From a virus, in the UHGV virus genome UHGV-1451962: a stretch of 64,000 nucleotides of DNA. One strand, given 5' to 3'. This document shows positions 29,308 through 34,730 of the stretch, piece after piece (positions within the stretch are counted from its first letter, which is position 1; each line of letters starts with the position of its first letter). The position numbers were made by a program, and so were the translations under genes. Below the pieces are notes generated by a model. That model made no database searches, was not told the origin of the DNA, and worked only from the letters and a program-made list of their open reading frames with translations.

Positions 29308-29589
29308 GCGGTGCTAGATTGTGTGCTCTGACACGCACATCCGCAATCTTAATTAATTATCTGTATAGATAAAAGGTTAAATTCTCCTTAAATGAAAGCT
29401 ATCTATTATAATCTAAGTCTTTTATTTAATATTTCCTCTCCTTCTTGGTTTTAAAACCAATGCGTCCAGAAAATACCAAAATAGATGAGTTATAACATAG
29501 GTTATAATTTTCTGGGGTAACACTTAGTCGTCTCAGTCGATGTCGCCTGCGGCTCCATCACCAGAGACAGTTAGAGTTCTCATCTAATC
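29308..29589 (-). ncRNA. TR-RT spacer; probable structured part of the DGR RNA
   Basis: No ORF. It contains a GC-rich segment next to the TR with GTCTC(29530-34)/GAGAC(29564-68) and GATG/CATC pairings. It also contains nested stems CCAGAAAAT(29466-74)/ATTTTCTGG(29507-15) and TTATAAC(29490-96)/GTTATAA(29501-07), a 16-nt perfect palindrome at 29445-60, and a GC-rich element (29308-29345) abutting the RT ATG. Confidence 0.5.
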
Positions 29590-29693
29590 GGGCGCGAGGT
29601 AATTGTTGTTGTTGTAGTTGGTATTGTTCGCATTACCATCAGAGTTGACATTGCACACATTGTTCGTGTTGTTCGAGTTGTAGTAGCGAGACC
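29590..29693 (-). repeat. DGR template repeat (TR)
   Basis: 104-nt match to 30388..30491 with 83 identities. On the coding (-) strand it reads as about 15 AAY codons (..TAC AAC TCG AAC AAC ACG AAC AAT GTG TGC AAT GTC AAC..). It is non-coding and lies between the Avd-like ORF and the RT. Confidence 0.9.
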
Positions 29694-29726
29694 CGCGATA
29701 TTTTAGAATTTAACCAAATAAAAAAA

Positions 29727-30191
29727 TTATTTGTATCGCTGAGAATAAATTAGATTATCTCTATTTATTCTATCAAGAAGATTTTGTTTTAATTTGTAAG
29801 TAAGTTTAGCAACATATTTGAAAGATTTATTTTTCTTTTTATTATTTAACCCATATTCATAAATACATAAATCTAATTGCCTTAAAATTGAATCACAATA
29901 TCTTATTGATTTATTAAAGTAATCTGCTCTTTCAACTAAAGTTTTTTTATTTTTTAGATTGATTAAACTAGCAGAGAAAGCATATCCATGTGCGTTTTTG
30001 GCACATTTTAAAATATCTGCACCAAAAGCTGAATAATAGTATGGATTACCAAGAATACCTGGTTTAATATGAGAACCATCATCTAATTCTTGATATGGAC
30101 GAACTAAAATTAATACTTGATGGACTAACTTTCTTGCATCATTTAAATAATCATTTTTAGATTGATGCCTATCTTTTTTTCTTACTGACAA
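29727..30191 (-). CDS. avd: Avd-like DGR accessory protein (by position, size and basic helical composition)
   Basis: 154-aa K/R-rich ORF with a TTG start 7 nt after AAAGGAGG. It occupies the canonical slot between target gene and TR. No sequence motif verified. Confidence 0.5.
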   Translation of the reverse strand: MSVRKKDRHQSKNDYLNDARKLVHQVLILVRPYQELDDGSHIKPGILGNPYYYSAFGADILKCAKNAHGYAFSASLINLKNKKTLVERADYFNKSIRYCDSILRQLDLCIYEYGLNNKKKNKSFKYVAKLTYKLKQNLLDRINRDNLIYSQRYK

Positions 30192-30225
30192 ATTAAAAAC
30201 CTCCTTTAAATAACGTACAAGAAAT

Positions 30226-30254
30226 ATTATACCAGAAAATTTTTAAAAAGTCAA
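30226..30254 (-). promoter_or_regulatory. consensus promoter for avd-TR-RT
   Basis: On the - strand: TTGACT (30254-30249), a 17-nt spacer ending in TGG, then TATAAT (30231-30226), about 35 nt upstream of the avd start. Confidence 0.65.
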
Positions 30255-30315
30255 AGAAAAAAAATTTTTAGAAAAAATTTTTTTCCCAGAAAAGGTGAAA
30301 GCATTTTTATACTAT

Positions 30316-30341
30316 GGCATTGGCCCTTTTGGGCCAATGCC
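30316..30341. promoter_or_regulatory. perfect GC-rich hairpin/cruciform just 3' of the VR
   Basis: GGCATTGGCCC (30316-30326), TTTT loop, GGGCCAATGCC (30331-30341). It lies 29 nt beyond the target stop codon. No U-tract follows on either strand. Confidence 0.6.
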
Positions 30342-30369
30342 AATATAACCTTACTGTATAACTTTACAG

Positions 30370-32133
30370 TTATCCAATAACGAAAGCGGGCGCGAGGTAA
30401 CGGTAGTTGGCGTAGTAGGTAAAGTCCGCACCACCATCAGAGTCGACACGGCACACATAGCCCGTGTAGTCCGAGTAGTAGTTGCGAGACCGCTCCCAAT
30501 ACCATTTGGAATCTCCTGAACTGTTACCATTAGCATCTTGAATGTTTTTTATACGGGAGCTGTCACTTGTGTAATAATCATAAGCAGCATTATATCCTTT
30601 AGTACATTCTGCATTGGAAACAGTAGAATTAGCAGTGCTGATTGGAGAATAACTATCTAATCCCATTTCTCTCTCAGAAGGAATCCAAACAGTTTCGTTA
30701 TTATAACTAACATTAGCACTTCTATTATCATCCCAATTATCGCAAGTACCTTTAGATACTGTTTTTATAGATGCTTTAGCAGCACAAGCATTATAAAAAT
30801 TTTGACAATAACTTCTAGCATTAGAACCAATCCATTGTGCGCTATTATCACCAAAAGTAGTCATATTCGGCAAGAGATAAACACTATGAAAAGCTAAAGT
30901 TTTATCTCCATCTTTGTCATAGCCAATACAACGCATTGTAACAGCATTTGCTCCTAAAACATTAGTAGATAAATTCATCTTTTTAGTTTTACCAACTAAA
31001 GCTTGACGTTCTGAAGCAGAAGAATTGTTAAGCCAAGACTTTAAGCCAGCCCACCAAGAAGCATCTCCCGCAGCACTCTCATTTCCCCAAGTCCAATATG
31101 TAGCAGTAGCAGTAATTTTTTTATTCGCGGGAGTTGTATAATTGGTACTGGCTGCTATTGATACAGTAATAGTAGCAGTTCCCGCGGTTGTACCATTGCC
31201 TTTAATGGTAATTGTTTTACCGCTTACTGTTGCTGAAGCCACATTAGAATTAGTAGAAGTTACAGAAATTGTACCAGTAGAATTAGTGGTCACAGTAACT
31301 TTTACACCAGTAGAATAATTAGATGCGTCAATAGAAACAGTAGAAGTGCTTAGACTTAATGTTCCTGTTGCTTTTTGAATAGACCAATCAACATTTTTCG
31401 CGGTTGTTGTCTTATCAGGCCATCTGTAATTATTTTTAGGAGTAAAAGTAGCTGTATATTTTCCTGCATTAATTCCCGATGTAGTTCCTCCAATAGTCAT
31501 GTAACTTGTATTATAATTTGACCAATTTGGACTTTGCGAATTGGCGTTATAAGTTAAAGTTCCAGTTTGAGAAGGAATAGGAACTGTTTTTCTTTCTACT
31601 GTTACAGAAAAAGTAGTAGTTTTAGTAATACTATTTTCTGTATAAGAAACAGTAATTGTTTGAGTACCAACTGTATTTAAAACAGAAGGTGAAGTTGTCC
31701 AACCAGAAACAGTAGCGGTTTTACCATCAGAATAAGTGGCAGTAACAGACATTCCGGCAGATTCAAATGTCTCGCCATATTCATAAATTGTCTTAGTTGG
31801 TTTTGTGCTTGTGATGCTGGTTAGTGCATGGATAACAGTAACTGCTTGCTCGGCGGTACAAGTAACTCCTCCTTCAGAGTAAGTAATAGTAACTTTAGTT
31901 ACTCCATCAGTTAAAGGAGAAGGTGTTACAGTATATCCAGTTACCGCAGTAGAAGAAACAACAATATTATCAATGGCATAATTGGCAGTTATAACCATTC
32001 CTGTTGTTTCAAATTCTTGTCCAGCAACGTAAGATGTACGGTTTGGTGGAGTAGTAACTTCAATAGAGTGGAGTGCTATTGAGCTTCCGCCACCTTTTCC
32101 GCCTTGTTCAGTTAAAATGCATTTAACAGGCAA
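30370..32133 (-). CDS. DGR target protein: Ig-like repeats plus a C-terminal lectin-fold-like variable domain (putative receptor-binding or fibre protein)
   Basis: The track ORF 30370..32154 begins inside its own SD (TTG ATA AGG AGG). The more likely start is the TTG at 32133, 9 nt after GGAGG. There are repeated ~90-aa segments (..VTGYTVTPSPLTDGVTKVTITYSEGGVTCTAEQAVTV.. / ..VSGWTTSPSVLNTVGTQTITVSYTENSITKTTTFSVTV..). The C-terminus ..WYWERSRNYYSDYTGYVCRVDSDGGADFTYYANYRYLAPAFVIG is the VR. Confidence 0.85.
   Translation of the reverse strand: MPVKCILTEQGGKGGGSSIALHSIEVTTPPNRTSYVAGQEFETTGMVITANYAIDNIVVSSTAVTGYTVTPSPLTDGVTKVTITYSEGGVTCTAEQAVTVIHALTSITSTKPTKTIYEYGETFESAGMSVTATYSDGKTATVSGWTTSPSVLNTVGTQTITVSYTENSITKTTTFSVTVERKTVPIPSQTGTLTYNANSQSPNWSNYNTSYMTIGGTTSGINAGKYTATFTPKNNYRWPDKTTTAKNVDWSIQKATGTLSLSTSTVSIDASNYSTGVKVTVTTNSTGTISVTSTNSNVASATVSGKTITIKGNGTTAGTATITVSIAASTNYTTPANKKITATATYWTWGNESAAGDASWWAGLKSWLNNSSASERQALVGKTKKMNLSTNVLGANAVTMRCIGYDKDGDKTLAFHSVYLLPNMTTFGDNSAQWIGSNARSYCQNFYNACAAKASIKTVSKGTCDNWDDNRSANVSYNNETVWIPSEREMGLDSYSPISTANSTVSNAECTKGYNAAYDYYTSDSSRIKNIQDANGNSSGDSKWYWERSRNYYSDYTGYVCRVDSDGGADFTYYANYRYLAPAFVIG
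30388..30491 (-). repeat. DGR variable repeat (VR), encoding the last ~35 codons of the target protein
   Basis: Pairs with the TR. There are 21 differences; 20 are at positions where the TR coding strand has A, and 14 of 15 TR AAY codons differ. The shared GC-rich 3' end CCTCGCGCCCG is IMH-like. Confidence 0.9.
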
Positions 32134-32199
32134 GGTATAAGACCTCCTTATCAAGAATTATTATTAGAGTTTTAAAACTCCATCATTATTTATAGAATA

Positions 32200-32211
32200 A
32201 AGTACACCTTT
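32200..32211. repeat. left arm of a perfect 12-bp inverted repeat (AAAGTACACCTT)
   Basis: Reverse complement of 32384..32395. Together the arms bound a 196-bp segment in the divergent intergenic region. Confidence 0.9.
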
Positions 32212-32239
32212 TAGATTAATTGGGAACGTACTTTCCATA

Positions 32240-32287
32240 AAAAATGTAAAATTGGGAAAAGGATATAAAAATATCCTTTTCCCAATA
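32240..32287 (-). terminator. perfect 16-bp-stem hairpin that acts as a terminator only for leftward transcription
   Basis: ATTGGGAAAAGGATAT (32252-32267), AAAA loop, ATATCCTTTTCCCAAT (32272-32287). Read on the - strand it is followed by TTTACATTTTTT. Read on the + strand it is followed by ATAAAAATAT, with no U-tract. Confidence 0.5.
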
Positions 32288-32308
32288 TAAAAATATATTC
32301 TAAAAGTT

Positions 32309-32337
32309 TGGATATCTTATCCTTTTCATCTATACTT
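32309..32337 (+). promoter_or_regulatory. promoter directed at the 32425 fibre gene
   Basis: TTGGAT (32309-32314), a 17-nt spacer, then TATACT (32332-32337). It lies inside the IR-bounded segment. Confidence 0.5.
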
Positions 32338-32383
32338 AAAGATTATTTTAATTAATTTTCCTTAGATTGACCAATGTTTCATA

Positions 32384-32395
32384 AGGTGTACTTTT
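32384..32395. repeat. right arm of the 12-bp inverted repeat (AAGGTGTACTTT)
   Basis: Perfect reverse complement of 32200..32211. Confidence 0.9.
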
Positions 32396-32424
32396 TAAAC
32401 TTATATTTTGAAAGGAGTTTTTAA

Positions 32425-34170
32425 ATGGCTGTTCAATGTGTACTTGTCGGAAAAGGCAAGGATGATGTATTTACTGCTGTTTATGGCGAAACTACATTTG
32501 ATAAAGTGTTAAAAGCTTATAATGAAAATAAAGTAGTTCAAGTGATTTATCAAAATCGTATTTATTATTTAGATAATACTACTGTTGTAGATTCTCCTGA
32601 AGCATTTTCTTTTATTTCTGCTTTTAGTAATCAAAATGATGAAGCTGGTGAAATAAAGCATTATGTAATAAGTTTAATGACAGGAGATAGTTGGTCTGGG
32701 CCTTTCTTACAGAAATCTACTCCAGCAACTCACGCGAATACTCATAGTAAAAATGGTGATGATCCACTTACCCCCGCAGATATTGGAGCTATGGAATTAT
32801 CAGAAAATGTTCTTAAACAATCAAATGAAGATATTACTTCTCAAGTAGCGCAAGCTTTATTTGGGGATTTAGTTCCTTTTAGCGGTGGAACCATGACTGG
32901 TTTGTTAAATGTTCTTACTCCTGTTAGAGATAGTAATGCTACTACTAAAAAGTATGTAGATGATGCTTTGAGTGAGAAAATTGGAATGGATGGCATTGGC
33001 GATTTGCATGTATGGAAGAAGACTATAATAACAAAACAGGAGATTCCAGCAAGTTTTACTTTAGGTGATGTACACTCTGGTTCGTTTCGTTTTGTTAGTG
33101 GTGAAACTAATGTGTTGTTAGTAGGTACTCCTAAAGTTAATGAGAGTGGTGTCGTTACCTTAACAAACTCTGCGCAGTATAATTTTAATTATAATTCTTC
33201 ATCTCCTAGTATATCTGATCTGCGAGGACAGTATTGCATGTTTACCATGATAGCCGATCAATTTTCTAGTTTTACTGCCAATAAAGTTTTTTATATACCC
33301 ACTGATGCAAACTATATTTCTTTATCAAGTTCTAAAAATATTACTAAATATCAAGATGTTAATGGTACACCTAAAATTCCTGCCGAAGTAACTACTACCT
33401 ATCCCGCATCTACTAATCCCAATGCGTATCAAGAGGGGAGCGATGCAAAACCAGCAGGATATGTACTTGGTAATGTGATAACAGGTTCATTTTGTATTGG
33501 TAATACAACAGCACCTACGAGAGCTGCTTATTATGTCGCATCTGATATTTCTGTATCTGATAATGGTGTTTTATCTATTTCAACACAAACAAATATAACT
33601 ATTGGTGGTAATTTTTTTGTATCTAGCCGTGATTTAATTGCTGGTAAATTTATACAAATTTATAATAAAGGGTCTATGTCTTCTGTTTTATCTGAACCAT
33701 TCACAACAGTACCAGGCCCAATTATTTATATTCCGAATGATGTAAACTTAACGTCTGGCGGTGATGGAAATTTAAATTTATATATTGATCGCTACCAACC
33801 TATTACTGGCTACGCTGCTATCCCCGCAGGCACCACTATTGAATATCTGGGGAAGTTGGGAGATAAGACTAGGGTAATAATTGGCTCGTATATTGGGACA
33901 GGGGTCTGCGGGGCAGAGAATCCGACCAAAATAAAAACGAGTTTTTTACCGAAACTTGTAGCAATAAATGGAGTAGGAAATACCGGCAGTACGGGCATTA
34001 TTCTGTTTTTTCGAGATATGAACTATGCGTTCTCAGAAATCGGCTCAAGTACCAACTTTAACTTTACTAATATAACCTGGTTATCAGACGGAGTACATTG
34101 GTATTCTAGCAAAGTCCTTATGCAGGGGAATAAGCAGGGGGCAATTTATAAATACATTGTTATCGGTTAA
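32425..34170 (+). CDS. tail fibre protein (581 aa)
   Basis: SD GAAAGGAGTTTTTAA-ATG. It contains ..THANTHSKNGDDPLTPADIGA.. and ..FSGGTMTGLLNVLTPVRDSNATTKKYVDDAL.., motifs typical of phage tail fibres (from memory). The C-terminal ~125 aa have a distinct, GC-richer composition. Confidence 0.7.
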   Translation: MAVQCVLVGKGKDDVFTAVYGETTFDKVLKAYNENKVVQVIYQNRIYYLDNTTVVDSPEAFSFISAFSNQNDEAGEIKHYVISLMTGDSWSGPFLQKSTPATHANTHSKNGDDPLTPADIGAMELSENVLKQSNEDITSQVAQALFGDLVPFSGGTMTGLLNVLTPVRDSNATTKKYVDDALSEKIGMDGIGDLHVWKKTIITKQEIPASFTLGDVHSGSFRFVSGETNVLLVGTPKVNESGVVTLTNSAQYNFNYNSSSPSISDLRGQYCMFTMIADQFSSFTANKVFYIPTDANYISLSSSKNITKYQDVNGTPKIPAEVTTTYPASTNPNAYQEGSDAKPAGYVLGNVITGSFCIGNTTAPTRAAYYVASDISVSDNGVLSISTQTNITIGGNFFVSSRDLIAGKFIQIYNKGSMSSVLSEPFTTVPGPIIYIPNDVNLTSGGDGNLNLYIDRYQPITGYAAIPAGTTIEYLGKLGDKTRVIIGSYIGTGVCGAENPTKIKTSFLPKLVAINGVGNTGSTGIILFFRDMNYAFSEIGSSTNFNFTNITWLSDGVHWYSSKVLMQGNKQGAIYKYIVIG

Positions 34171-34222
34171 AAAAAGAATTTTAATGTACTACATCAACAA
34201 CCAAAAGGAGGAAATAAATTAA

Positions 34223-34534
34223 ATGTTTTATATTAATTCAATAAAACAAAATAATAATTATGGTAATCCTATGGGTCAATATTTTAAAGACTCAATACAA
34301 TTACCAGATGAATTATTAAACAATTATCTTGAAACAAAAGGATTTTGTAATTTTGAAATTCAAGATAATATTATTACAAAAATAATTGTAAATCAAAATG
34401 ATTTAGATGATTATAATAATAACCATCTAGAGGTTAAACCAGAACCATCAGCAGAGCAAGATATAAATGCAATGTTAGTAGACCAAGAATATAGAATAAC
34501 ATTACTAGAATTAGGTATGAAAGGAGATTCCTAA
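34223..34534 (+). CDS. XkdW-like small fibre-associated protein
   Basis: 103 aa with SD AAAAGGAGGAAATAAATTAA-ATG. The size and the C-terminal ..DINAMLVDQEYRITLLELG.. resemble PBSX XkdW-type proteins that follow fibre genes (from memory). Confidence 0.35.
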   Translation: MFYINSIKQNNNYGNPMGQYFKDSIQLPDELLNNYLETKGFCNFEIQDNIITKIIVNQNDLDDYNNNHLEVKPEPSAEQDINAMLVDQEYRITLLELGMKGDS

Positions 34535-34668
34535 TGTTATATAGAGTTTTAAAAAGAATGATTGAAGCAGGTCAAACAGAAGGCCTGCAAGAAAAAATAG
34601 ATATTTTCTTTGCGGCTGGCCGCATTACCGCAGACCAATACACTGAACTCACTAAATTATTATCATAA
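34534..34668 (+). CDS. XkdX-like small protein (44 aa; absent from the ORF track)
   Basis: The ATG overlaps the previous stop (TAATG). My translation is MLYRVLKRMIEAGQTEGLQEKIDIFFAAGRITADQYTELTKLLS. The ..G.IT..QY.ELT.. pattern and the position after the fibre and XkdW-like genes match XkdX-family proteins (from memory). Confidence 0.45.
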   Translation: MLYRVLKRMIEAGQTEGLQEKIDIFFAAGRITADQYTELTKLLS

Positions 34669-34689
34669 TTCCCAAAATTTTTGGGAATT
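34667..34689 (+). terminator. hairpin at the end of the fibre operon, just upstream of the recombinase gene
   Basis: AATTCCCAAAA (34667-34677), T, TTTTGGGAATT (34679-34689): perfect 11-bp arms. The stem is AT-rich and the U-tract is weak (TTTAG), so it could equally be an operator. Confidence 0.35.
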
Positions 34690-34730
34690 TTAGATTAATC
34701 GTCTACTAATAATTTTCTTATATAGTAGAG

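Larger units (their letters stand above)
28051..32133 (-). mobile_element. diversity-generating retroelement cassette (target/VR - hairpin - promoter - avd - TR - spacer - RT)
   Basis: Sum of the component features above. The order and orientation are canonical for DGRs. Confidence 0.9.

Noticed and set aside
29445-29460. Perfect palindrome TTGGTTTTAAAACCAA as a possible crossover site for the serine recombinase
   Set aside because: I found only one copy. Its arrangement (GGTTTT..AAAACC) is the reverse of hix/gix half-site order. It sits inside the DGR spacer, where an RNA hairpin is the simpler explanation.
29555-29575. CCATCACCAGAGACAG next to the TR, resembling the TR segment CCATCAGAGTTGACA (possible second or degenerate TR)
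   Set aside because: The similarity is short and gapped and does not extend. It is better explained as part of the GC-rich stem in the spacer.
30351-30536. 61-aa ORF overlapping the VR in another frame
   Set aside because: It is the alternative frame of the VR and the target gene's 3' end. Its T/R-rich sequence is a by-product of the TR-derived repeat, and it has no SD.
22979-33998. Antisense ORFs 22979..23203, 26385..26573 and 33810..33998
   Set aside because: Each lies wholly inside a well-supported + strand gene and lacks translation signals.
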